Source: Burkholderiaceae bacterium
Lineage (GTDB): Bacteria; Patescibacteriota; Saccharimonadia; Saccharimonadales; AQU-01
Length of the DNA: 64,000 bases
NCBI GenBank assembly: GCA_043788365.1
Contig: JAYVTZ010000013.1
Location: 11,071 to 75,070 of the forward strand
Direction of reading: 5' to 3'
This document shows positions 23,994-33,105 of this stretch, in pieces (the stretch's first letter is position 1; the number at the start of each line of letters is the position of its first letter). The notes below the pieces were generated by a model that ran no database searches, was not told the DNA's origin, and saw nothing but the letters and a program-made list of their open reading frames with translations. The position numbers and the translations under genes were made by a program.

Positions 23994-26600
23994 ATGAAAA
24001 AGATTTTTAAACGAGTTTTGGGCGACCCACAGGCCAAGACGATAAAGCGACTTAAAAAGCGGGTGATTGAAGTCAACGCTCTCGCCGACAAGTACAAGAA
24101 ATTATCAGATGAAAAACTAAAAGACCAAACTGAGGTGCTCAAAAAGCGCCTAGAAACCGAGTCGCTCGACAAAATCCTGCCTGACGCCTTTGCCGTCACT
24201 CGCGAAGCCGCCACCCGCACCCTCGGTCAGCGCCACTTTGACGTCCAATTAATCGGTGGCATGGTCTTGCACGAAGGCAATGTCTCAGAGATGAAAACTG
24301 GTGAAGGTAAGACCCTAGTCGCCACACTGCCAGTTTATCTAAATGCCCTAACCGGCAAAGGCGTCCACGTCGTTTCGGTTAACGACTATCTTGTCCAGCG
24401 TGACGCTGGCTGGATGGGCCAAATTTATAACTTCCTAGGCCTATCAACCGCTGTTATTATCGCCGATGAATCATTTATTTTTGATGCTAGCTTCGTAAAC
24501 AAAAAGCACGATGACGAGCGCTTTAGACATTTAAAGCCTTGTACTCGTCAGGAGGCCTATGCCGCCGACATCACTTACGGCACCAACAACGAATTTGGTT
24601 TCGACTACCTACGCGACAACATGGTCCGCGAAATCGACCAATTGCGCCAGCGCGACCTGCATTACGCCATCGTCGACGAAGTTGACTCAATCTTAATCGA
24701 CGAAGCCCGCACGCCGCTGATTATCTCAGCCCCGGCTGTCACTAGTGGTAACGCCTATGCCCAGTTCTCGAAAATTGCCCGTCAGTTAAAGATTGACGTT
24801 GACTATGAAGTCGACGAAAAGCAGCGCTCAGTCATTCTAACTGATGCTGGTGTCGAACACGTCGAGAAAATCCTTGGCCTGACAAGTTTATACGGTACCG
24901 AAAACATCCGCACGATTTATCACCTCGAACAAGCCCTCAAAGCTCAGGCTATTTTCAAGCGCGACAAAGATTACGTCGTAACCAGCGACGGCGAAGTTGT
25001 GATTGTCGACGAGTTTACCGGTCGACTTCTAAAGGGCAGGCGCTATAGTGAAGGCCTCCATCAAGGTATTGAAGCTAAGGAAGGCGTCGAAGTCCAAGAA
25101 GAATCAATGACGCTGGCCACGATTACTTTCCAAAACTACTTCCGTCTATTCGACAAATTAGCTGGCATGACCGGTACGGCCATGACCGAATCAGAAGAGT
25201 TTCACGAAATCTACAAACTCGATGTCGTCGAGATTCCACCAAACCGCAAAATCACCCGTATCGACCGTCCCGACCGAATTTACCGATCAGAGGATGCTAA
25301 ATTCCGTGCCATCGTTAAAGAGGTCAAAGTGCTACATACCCGAGGCCAGCCAGTTCTACTCGGCACCGCCTCAATTGAGAAGAACGAACAGCTCGGCCGG
25401 ATGTTAATCAAGGCCAAAATCCCGCACCAAGTATTGAACGCCAAGAATAATGAGCGTGAAGCTAAGATTGTATCTGGCGCTGGTCAAGTTGGGGCCGTTA
25501 CACTGGCCACCAACATCGCCGGTCGTGGTACCGACATTGTCTTGTCGGAAGAAGTCAAAAAGCTCGGTGGTCTGTTTGTACTCGGGTCTGAGCGCCACGA
25601 GTCACGCCGCATTGATAACCAATTACGCGGTCGTTCTGGTCGTCAAGGTGACCCTGGTGTCACCCAGTTCTTTGTTAGTACCGAAGACGATTTGATGCGT
25701 ATTTTCGGTGGTGAGCGTATCGCCTCAATCATGGATAGGCTCAATGTCGACGACGAAACGCCGATAGAGAACAGGATTATTTCTAAGAGTCTCGAAGCCG
25801 CCCAAAAGAAAGTCGAAGGCTTCAACTTTGACCAGCGTAAAAATGTTGTTCAATACGACGACGTCATGAACCGTCACCGCAAGGCGACTTACGCCATGCG
25901 CCGTGAGATATTAAATCAACCCGATATCAGCAAGCGCATCAAGATGTATATCGACGAAGAAGCCCGTATTTTGGCCGCTTCGCCACAAATTACCTCTGAT
26001 GATTTCCAAGACGTCGTCCAGTCAGTCTTCCCGTTTGACGACAAAGTCCTCGATCGTTTGTTTGACTCAACCACCGATACTTTCGGCAAAGTCCTAGTCA
26101 CCGAGGCCAAGGAACTATACGACGCTCGTACTGTCGCTTTTGGTGAAGAGGTCATGAACAAAGTCGAGCGCGACGTTTACTTACAGATTCTCGACAACCT
26201 TTGGATGCAACACCTCGAGAATATGTCACACCTTAAGGAAGGTATTCACTGGATTTCAGTCGGTCAGCGTGACCCATTGGTCGAATATCGCCGCCAAGGT
26301 CAGATTTTGTTTGAAACGATGCAGGGTACATTGCGTCAAGAGGTGATTCAGGCGCTATTTAACGCCGAGCCAGTCACCGAGGACGAGTTGTATCGTCCAG
26401 TCGAGACCGAGTTGACCCGTGCCGCTCGTGGTTCGGTCGACAACGCTGACCGCATCATCGAAGCCGAGGAATTCCACGAGGAAGATTTCGTCACCACGGC
26501 CGAAGCCAAGGCGACACATAAGAAGGTGACCCATAACGACCGCAAAAAAGCCCACAAAGCCGAGCGCAAACGCCGCGCTAAGGGCAAAAAGCGCAAATAA
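23994..26600 (+). CDS. secA: preprotein translocase ATPase SecA
   Basis: MKTGEGKTLVATLP, DEVDSILIDEARTPLIIS, TNIAGRGTDI, and a basic C-terminal tail. Confidence 0.95.
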   Translation: MKKIFKRVLGDPQAKTIKRLKKRVIEVNALADKYKKLSDEKLKDQTEVLKKRLETESLDKILPDAFAVTREAATRTLGQRHFDVQLIGGMVLHEGNVSEMKTGEGKTLVATLPVYLNALTGKGVHVVSVNDYLVQRDAGWMGQIYNFLGLSTAVIIADESFIFDASFVNKKHDDERFRHLKPCTRQEAYAADITYGTNNEFGFDYLRDNMVREIDQLRQRDLHYAIVDEVDSILIDEARTPLIISAPAVTSGNAYAQFSKIARQLKIDVDYEVDEKQRSVILTDAGVEHVEKILGLTSLYGTENIRTIYHLEQALKAQAIFKRDKDYVVTSDGEVVIVDEFTGRLLKGRRYSEGLHQGIEAKEGVEVQEESMTLATITFQNYFRLFDKLAGMTGTAMTESEEFHEIYKLDVVEIPPNRKITRIDRPDRIYRSEDAKFRAIVKEVKVLHTRGQPVLLGTASIEKNEQLGRMLIKAKIPHQVLNAKNNEREAKIVSGAGQVGAVTLATNIAGRGTDIVLSEEVKKLGGLFVLGSERHESRRIDNQLRGRSGRQGDPGVTQFFVSTEDDLMRIFGGERIASIMDRLNVDDETPIENRIISKSLEAAQKKVEGFNFDQRKNVVQYDDVMNRHRKATYAMRREILNQPDISKRIKMYIDEEARILAASPQITSDDFQDVVQSVFPFDDKVLDRLFDSTTDTFGKVLVTEAKELYDARTVAFGEEVMNKVERDVYLQILDNLWMQHLENMSHLKEGIHWISVGQRDPLVEYRRQGQILFETMQGTLRQEVIQALFNAEPVTEDELYRPVETELTRAARGSVDNADRIIEAEEFHEEDFVTTAEAKATHKKVTHNDRKKAHKAERKRRAKGKKRK

Positions 26601-26608
26601 GCTCATAT

Positions 26609-27895
26609 ATGAAGCATACCGTCCACGAAATTAAGCTTAAAAACGGCGCTAAAGGTCTGATAATTAACGTCCCCGAGGCGAGTGTTGTCACATATGATAT
26701 AAATTTTCGAGCCGGTGACTATTTAACCAAGGCCGGCAAGTGGGAGACGGCTCACATTATGGAGCACGTTTTACTCGGTGCCAACCAGCTGATTCCTAAA
26801 GCTCGCACTTTCCAAGCCGAGTTTGAGAAAAACGGTGCCTACTCCAACGCCAGTACTAGCAGCTACGATATTATTTACGAAGCTGAGTGCGCCGAATTTG
26901 AGTGGAACCGCATTCTTGACCTTCTACTCACCGCCGTCACCAAGCCATTATTCTTAAAAGAAGAGTTTGAAGCCGAATTCGGCAACGTCAGGGAAGAGTT
27001 AACAGCCAGGTCAAATAATCATTTCCGACATTTGAGCCTAGCGCTCAGGCAATCATACGGCTTTATGATGAAGACCGACCAAGAGCGTTTGAGGTTAATG
27101 GACAACGTCGTACTTAAAGACATCCGCGAGCACTACAAGGCTACTCACACTACTAGTAATATGCGTTTTGTGATTGCCGGCCACTTGCCACCGGAGCGCC
27201 GAGCCCTAATCAAGAAAACTTTTGAGGCGATTGATTTACCGGTGGGTGACGGTCGTATTCCATTGCCAGACGAATTACCGGCACCACTCGAAAAGCCGTT
27301 ATATATTGAGAACAAAACCATCGACAACATGTATCTCTACGTCGACTCGTTTATGAGTCGCCGGATGCGTGAGCCCGAAGTCGACGCTCTCGGCCTGATT
27401 AATACGATGTTAACTGAGACGCTATATTCACGCATTTTCGGTGCCGCCCGCGAAAAGGGCCTAATTTACGGCATGAGCTCGGGCTTTGGCCAGACCAAAG
27501 ACAGCTCAGGCTGGTGGTTTGGTGCTCAGGTTATGCCGGGGAACGCGCCAGCACTGTTTGACATCGTCGTCCGTGAACTAACGGCCGTTTTTAAGGGCAA
27601 GATTAATGAAGAAGACATCGCCGCCGCCAAACAATACGCGATTGGTCGCTATCAGCGTAGTGGTCAAACCGTTGGTGGTACGGCTGCCGGCTACACTTAC
27701 CACTATTTCTTTGACGACACCATCGATGATTATTATAAAATCCCTGAGCGCATCAAAGCTGTTACTCGCAACCGTGTCGTTAAGATAACTAAAGAGATGT
27801 TTGCCGAGAAAATCTGGGGCATCGGCGTCCTCGGTAACGTCGGCGAAGACTACGTCAAAGAACTCCAAGATAAACTGAAGCCCCTCTGGAAATGA
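26609..27895 (+). CDS. M16 (pitrilysin/insulinase) family zinc peptidase
   Basis: HxxEH zinc motif as AHIMEHV, and a two-domain M16-like length of 428 aa. Confidence 0.7.
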   Translation: MKHTVHEIKLKNGAKGLIINVPEASVVTYDINFRAGDYLTKAGKWETAHIMEHVLLGANQLIPKARTFQAEFEKNGAYSNASTSSYDIIYEAECAEFEWNRILDLLLTAVTKPLFLKEEFEAEFGNVREELTARSNNHFRHLSLALRQSYGFMMKTDQERLRLMDNVVLKDIREHYKATHTTSNMRFVIAGHLPPERRALIKKTFEAIDLPVGDGRIPLPDELPAPLEKPLYIENKTIDNMYLYVDSFMSRRMREPEVDALGLINTMLTETLYSRIFGAAREKGLIYGMSSGFGQTKDSSGWWFGAQVMPGNAPALFDIVVRELTAVFKGKINEEDIAAAKQYAIGRYQRSGQTVGGTAAGYTYHYFFDDTIDDYYKIPERIKAVTRNRVVKITKEMFAEKIWGIGVLGNVGEDYVKELQDKLKPLWK

Positions 27896-28039
27896 TGAGC
27901 AGTATCTAGTAGCAGCGGCTAGTGTCTTGTATAACCGCCCTCGACTTTACTAGCTGCTTTTTATATGAGCGACTAGGCACTAGCTACCGTATACTGCCTT
28001 ATACGAGCAACTAGAAACTAGATACGATATACTAATACC
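27896..28039 (+). repeat. CTAG-rich intergenic element, copy C
   Basis: GTATCTAGTAG at 27902-27912 (7 nt after the stop) and CAACTAGAAACTAGATACGATATACT at 28009-28033. The two ends are inverted copies of each other. Confidence 0.6.
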
Positions 28040-29125
28040 GTGGAAGACCTCGATAAATCCCTACATGCTCTAGACAAAGCCGTCCAAGACGCTGCCAAGC
28101 GTCTCAAGCTTGATACCCTTGAATCAGAGCTGTTAGGCTTAAACGAAGACAGCGAGGCCAGTGACTTCTGGGCCGATAATTTGCGCGCCCAAACTGTCGT
28201 CAAGCGTCAATCGCAGCTTCAAACTCGCATCGAGCCGTGGCAAAAGCTTTTGAGCGACCTGGCCGATGCCAAAGAGTTAGCCGAGCTAAAAGACGACACT
28301 ATGACCGACGAGCTAGCCACCCAGCTAGACGACCTACAAAAGTGTTTTGACGGCTTAAAAGACGAATTAAAACTCGCCGGCCCATATGACGACCACGACG
28401 TTGTGCTCAGTATTTTTGCTGGCGCTGGCGGCACCGACGCCCAAGACTGGGCCCAGATGTTACTGCGCATGTATGTTCGTTACTGCGAAAAATCAGGCTT
28501 CGAAATCAAGACAATTGACGAGTCCGGTGGCGACGAAGCCGGTATAAAATCTGTACTCTTAGAAATTAGCGGTAATTTCGCTTATGGCAAGCTAAAAGGT
28601 GAGCACGGCGTCCATCGTTTGGTGCGATTAAGCCCGTTTAATGCCGATAGCCTGCGTCAAACCAGCTTCGCCAAAGTCGACGTCATTCCCAAGGTCGCCG
28701 GCCAGGCAGAGGTGTTAATCGACGACAAAGACCTCAAAATCGACGTTTATCGTAGTGGCGGCAAGGGCGGCCAGTCGGTCAACACGACCGATTCGGCCGT
28801 GCGCATCACACACCTGCCAACCAACATCGTCGTCGCCATTCAAAACGAGCGTTCCCAGCTCCAAAATCGCGAAACTGCCATGACAATATTGCGCTCAAAA
28901 CTTGCTCAATTAATGCTCGAGCAACACAAGGAGCAGTTAAGTGAACTAAAGGGTCCAAATGAGCAGGCCAGCTGGGGCAACCAAATCCGCTCTTACGTTT
29001 TGCACCCTTACAAGATGGTCAAGGACTTGCGCACCCTCTACGAAACCTCCGACACAGAAGGTGTCCTAGACGGCAGCCTCGAACCCTTCATCGAAGCCTA
29101 TTTAGAATATTCTCTTGGCAAGTAA
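28040..29125 (+). CDS. prfB: peptide chain release factor 2 (single uninterrupted frame, GTG start)
   Basis: RLSPFNA (SPF), GGKGGQSVN (GGQ), WGNQIRSYVLHPY. Confidence 0.9.
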   Translation: MEDLDKSLHALDKAVQDAAKRLKLDTLESELLGLNEDSEASDFWADNLRAQTVVKRQSQLQTRIEPWQKLLSDLADAKELAELKDDTMTDELATQLDDLQKCFDGLKDELKLAGPYDDHDVVLSIFAGAGGTDAQDWAQMLLRMYVRYCEKSGFEIKTIDESGGDEAGIKSVLLEISGNFAYGKLKGEHGVHRLVRLSPFNADSLRQTSFAKVDVIPKVAGQAEVLIDDKDLKIDVYRSGGKGGQSVNTTDSAVRITHLPTNIVVAIQNERSQLQNRETAMTILRSKLAQLMLEQHKEQLSELKGPNEQASWGNQIRSYVLHPYKMVKDLRTLYETSDTEGVLDGSLEPFIEAYLEYSLGK

Positions 29126-29127
29126 TT

Positions 29128-29190
29128 TTGCCCCACTTTTGTCTCGGCAAAAAGTTACCACCAAGCCCCCTAAAATGCTATGGATGCATA
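29128..29190 (+). repeat. mini copy of the structured repeat (both ends, no core)
   Basis: TTGCCCCACTTTTGTCTCGGCAAAAAG plus CCAAGCCCCCTAAAATGCTATGGATGC match the two ends of copy 38080-38294. Confidence 0.6.
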
Positions 29191-29320
29191 CGTATCAGTG
29201 AGTGTAATTTGGATTTTTGAGCTGTTACTTTAGGGACATAGTATCGCATATTAGTATCTTATAAGGTAATCATAAGAGAAGACATATATTTAAAAATCCA
29301 ACCGACCATTGATATCTACT

Positions 29321-30397
29321 TTAGTCTGTAAAGACCTTATCACGATGGTATTGTAAATAATTTTTTCTTTCTTGGTTTAGTAAAAATTCATCTATTCTAT
29401 ATACGCTTAGATGATCTTTAAGTCTTTTCGATAAGTTTCTTGTTTGAGAAATTACTATGGTGCCATCATCAGAGAAGCTAATATATCCTTGGTCAAAAAG
29501 CTGATCTATGTTTCTACTTAATAACAGACCATTATTCTCATCAAAGGCTTCTTCCTCAGTTGAATGAGAATAGGGTTTTATGTGGCTAGCTATTAAGACA
29601 GGGTAGTCTAACTTTTCAACCATACAAACAACAGCATCGTAATATTTGTTTGACTCTGATATTAGCTGATTTTTATAAAGCCTCTGTAAGTAACTGTCTC
29701 TTAGTCCACTTACGGATTTGCCATCTGTTAGTATGGACTTTGATCTTGAGTCGCTACTGAAATATACGGCATCTTGCCTTACAGCAAGATCATCCAGTTG
29801 ATCTAAGAGGTTCCACAAATATCTTATTTGATTGTACTTTCTTTCAACAAATCCAATTGATCGTATATATGTGACTCCGGAATCTATCATTTCTCTTGTG
29901 GCAAAATCTTGTTTTGCTAACGAAACATTAATAGTCATTAGCGCGACAGCTTCTTCTTTTGTCAGTCTGCCGTCAGCAGCCGTTAGAGTGTTAACAAAAA
30001 AATTTATTTCGTTAACGTCTGAATCATTAGTAAATGATCGTCCAAAACTAGAGTTCGAATATACTATCTTAGAGAATATAGTACCTTTTTCCGATGGATC
30101 TGACGTAGATAGAAAATCCTTAGTATGTTTATGGTATCCTGCTAAGGCAGAATTCACGAAGCCTAGCTTGATAAATTGATTGATAGCTTTACGCGTTGAA
30201 ATAAGTTGAATAGGGTAATTCTTAACTAGTTCATGTTGTAGTTTATCATATGCATTACCAGCATTTGAAGATATTTCTTGTCTATTATCGTCAATGAAAT
30301 TAACAATTATTCCTAGACTACCGTTAAACCCATCTCCTGTTATGTCTGAGTAAGCTAGAGTAAGTTTCCAGTATGATTCGTACGTTTGGTCTGTCAT
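29321..30397 (-). CDS. restriction endonuclease candidate with a C-terminal HNH (HNH_2-like) nuclease domain
   Basis: The C-terminus reads VLIASHIKPYSHS...ENNGLLLSRNIDQLFDQGYISF. It is the last gene of the operon, 2 nt after the adenine methyltransferase. Confidence 0.6.
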   Translation of the reverse strand: MTDQTYESYWKLTLAYSDITGDGFNGSLGIIVNFIDDNRQEISSNAGNAYDKLQHELVKNYPIQLISTRKAINQFIKLGFVNSALAGYHKHTKDFLSTSDPSEKGTIFSKIVYSNSSFGRSFTNDSDVNEINFFVNTLTAADGRLTKEEAVALMTINVSLAKQDFATREMIDSGVTYIRSIGFVERKYNQIRYLWNLLDQLDDLAVRQDAVYFSSDSRSKSILTDGKSVSGLRDSYLQRLYKNQLISESNKYYDAVVCMVEKLDYPVLIASHIKPYSHSTEEEAFDENNGLLLSRNIDQLFDQGYISFSDDGTIVISQTRNLSKRLKDHLSVYRIDEFLLNQERKNYLQYHRDKVFTD

Positions 30398-30399
30398 AA

Positions 30400-31431
30400 C
30401 TAAGATCTCTCGGCGATAAACAAATATTCAGAATTCTTGTGCTTGTTTAATTTCCCTGTAATTTTATATGTGTGTTTCACTTCTACTACTTTAACACTTT
30501 TAGCGTGTTTACTTATAATGTCTATCAAAACATCCTTAGATGGAAAAGAAGACGTATTGTAACTAAGCATCCAATATTTGAAATTCCCAAGACTTGAAAA
30601 AAGTTTTTCGAATAGCTCGATGGAAGCGTCTTTATTGATGAAGTTGTTATTAAAGGGAGGAATAACCTCCCCTTGAATATAGTTATCCAAAAAGCTATAG
30701 AACTCATAATAGTTATTCATAGTGCCGGTATAGGGTGGATCAATATACACAAGGTCTGCAGACAATTCTTTTATTGCATCGAATGCATCCATATTTACTG
30801 AAACGTTTTCTTGACCATTATCAAAAACAGCCTTATTATACTGCTGAATATTAGATTTGAAGTGGTGTTCGAACGATTCATTATGATATGCCCTGCGTCT
30901 TTTATACTTAGCGTAGCTATACTCCTCGTCTCTTAATTGCTCTACCTTTTCCCATTTAATATTGAACCTAGAATAGGGCATTTTTCTAATCAACGACCTT
31001 CGCATTAATATTAGGGCAAGCGACTTTTTATACTCAGAACTCAAGTGTCGAATGTTTTCTCTGTATAGGTCGAGCTGTTCGCATTCATTGGGATAGAATA
31101 ATTTCCCAGCGTAATTACTATACACAAAGCCCCTAAATGGCTTACCTTTAAATATTAAATCTACGTCACTATCGGTAAGAGTTTCTCTATCGTTTTCAAT
31201 CAGCGCCCTACCTATCTCGTAGTTAATCCTCATGATATCGTTAGATATAACTGACATACCGCGCCTCTTATAGGCGTATGCAACTGAGGCTCCACCCGAG
31301 AATAAGTCAAGTACGGTATTAACCCCTGAAGGGGTGTTGTCGCATATCCAGTCAGTAATTTTTTCTTTATTTCCGATGAAGTTTACTGTCGGGTACTTGA
31401 TTCTACTTGCAGGATGATTTTTACTTATCAT
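30400..31431 (-). CDS. DNA N6-adenine methyltransferase (Dam/D12-class-like)
   Basis: DLFSGGASV (motif I) and VYIDPPYTG (motif IV, DPPY). Confidence 0.8.
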   Translation of the reverse strand: MISKNHPASRIKYPTVNFIGNKEKITDWICDNTPSGVNTVLDLFSGGASVAYAYKRRGMSVISNDIMRINYEIGRALIENDRETLTDSDVDLIFKGKPFRGFVYSNYAGKLFYPNECEQLDLYRENIRHLSSEYKKSLALILMRRSLIRKMPYSRFNIKWEKVEQLRDEEYSYAKYKRRRAYHNESFEHHFKSNIQQYNKAVFDNGQENVSVNMDAFDAIKELSADLVYIDPPYTGTMNNYYEFYSFLDNYIQGEVIPPFNNNFINKDASIELFEKLFSSLGNFKYWMLSYNTSSFPSKDVLIDIISKHAKSVKVVEVKHTYKITGKLNKHKNSEYLFIAERS

Positions 31432-32425
31432 GAACTGAACCGGTGCTCATCATATGTCTAATATTTTTCGCTAAATGATAACCAAGGAGCGGTGGGACTG
31501 AGTTACCTACTTGTTGCTGCTGGGAGATTACCGAGCCTTCAAAAATAAAATTATCTGGATACGTTTGTAAGCGAGCAAGTTCTCTGACTGTGAGCGCTCG
31601 ATTATCTCGGTAGTGAAAAACTTTACGCATGTCCCCGGTAATGCAAACTGAGGGCTCTGCACTCGAGTACCGTATGTACTTTCTTATATCGCCAGAAGTT
31701 GGTCTAATTGCTTTAGGAATATCATTGCGAGTACCTCCATCTGTGACAAAACTCATTTTATGTAGCATTTGGTCCGTATGATTCATGGCAACATGATTAG
31801 GAATGCATGAATTTTCTCCAGATTTCAATCTGGGCAAGTCGTCGATTGCATCTTTTACAGAGACAGGTTTTGAACCTAATGGTTTAGGGAATATTATATT
31901 GACATCAAGTTTTGTTCCAATAAATATAGTTCTTCTGCGTTGTTGAGGCACACCATAATCAGCGGTATTTATGACTTTAACTTTTACGTTATAACCGATT
32001 TTTTTAAATGTTTCTAATATCTCGGCGCGTGTTTTCCCCTGGTTATGCGTATATAGTCTAGCTACATTTTCCATTATGAAGAAGTCTGGACTTACGGCAT
32101 CAACTACTCTAGCAAACTCCTTAAACAAATAGTTTCTGGGGTCGTCCACAAACTTTCGACCAATACTCCCAGCCATGCTGAACCCCTGGCATGGTGGACC
32201 GCCAACAACCACATCAATCTTTTGTTTCTTAATCAATGTGCGAATCTCTTCAGTGGTTAATTCAGTTATATTCTTCTTGATGAGTGTGTGAGATGGAAAA
32301 TTACGTGAGTATGTCTTATTGAACGTCTGATCAAAATCCACCGAAAAAACATTAGCAAAGGCTGCTTGCTCGAAACCGAGAGTTAACCCTCCCGAACCAC
32401 TAAATAGATCTATAAATGTTGGCAT
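31421..32425 (-). CDS. DNA cytosine-5 methyltransferase
   Basis: DLFSGSGG, GGPPCQGFS, ENV, QRRRT and GNSVPP are the canonical m5C motifs I, IV, VI, VIII and X. Confidence 0.9.
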   Translation of the reverse strand: MPTFIDLFSGSGGLTLGFEQAAFANVFSVDFDQTFNKTYSRNFPSHTLIKKNITELTTEEIRTLIKKQKIDVVVGGPPCQGFSMAGSIGRKFVDDPRNYLFKEFARVVDAVSPDFFIMENVARLYTHNQGKTRAEILETFKKIGYNVKVKVINTADYGVPQQRRRTIFIGTKLDVNIIFPKPLGSKPVSVKDAIDDLPRLKSGENSCIPNHVAMNHTDQMLHKMSFVTDGGTRNDIPKAIRPTSGDIRKYIRYSSAEPSVCITGDMRKVFHYRDNRALTVRELARLQTYPDNFIFEGSVISQQQQVGNSVPPLLGYHLAKNIRHMMSTGSVHDK

Positions 32426-32656
32426 AACTTACTCTGATTTTAGCACAGATTATGATGGTCAGGCACGTTGTTATGAAGAATTCATTTAATTGTAATGTTC
32501 GAAATAACCACACGCATTTGAGCGAAAAAATAGAGTGCCTTACTTTATTTACATCTGGTGTTGAAGCTGTAAAATACCATATGCCACAACAGTAATATTA
32601 GACATAAGTATTCAGAATTATGCTATATATTAATTAATCACAAGAGCTATCATAAA

Positions 32657-33097
32657 ATGATGAATATTTACTTAGACATTGATGGGGTGTTGGTGGCAAA
32701 TGATTATAATGCCGCTAATTATTCTGCGGAGTTTATTGAGTACGTATTGACCAAGTTCCCAGATACAACCTACTGACTGACCACTCACTGCCAAGGGGAT
32801 GCTAGTCGACCGATTAAGGATATTGGCCACTTGTTTGATGCGAAAACTATTGATTATATGAAGATGATTAAGCCAACAACGTGGCTAGAATCACCAAATA
32901 AAACATCGGCCATAGATTTTAGTCAGCCCTTTTTATGGTTTGATGATGATTCTTTTTACGGCGAGAGGCAAGAGTTAATCAAGAACAATGTACTAGATAA
33001 TTGGATAGAAGTTGACCTGCGCAAAGATCCAGACCAACTACTAAAATTCATTACCAGTTTCCCGATTGCTTCTGAAATGGTGCAAGAAGGCAATTAA
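32657..33097 (+). pseudogene. HAD-like hydrolase gene interrupted by one in-frame TGA
   Basis: The frame from ATG 32657 reads MMNIYLDIDGVLVAN...PDTTY, then TGA (32774-32776), then LTTHCQGD... and continues into track ORF 32831..33097. DIDGVL is HAD motif I. Confidence 0.55.
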
Positions 33098-33105
33098 AAA
33101 AAATA

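Noticed and set aside
28040-29125. Programmed +1 frameshift in prfB
   Set aside because: I looked for the usual short upstream frame ending in CTT-TGA-C. The RF2 reading frame is continuous from the GTG at 28040 through the region that aligns with the E. coli shift site (…AAKRLKLDTLESEL…). No frameshift is needed.
32774-32776. TGA reassigned as a sense codon (code 4/25-like) in this organism
   Set aside because: Several well-conserved genes here end at TGA at their expected C-termini (tsf, ftsE, serS, the M16 peptidase). An intact RF2 gene is also present. The single in-frame TGA lies in an AT-rich acquired island and is better explained as a pseudogene lesion.
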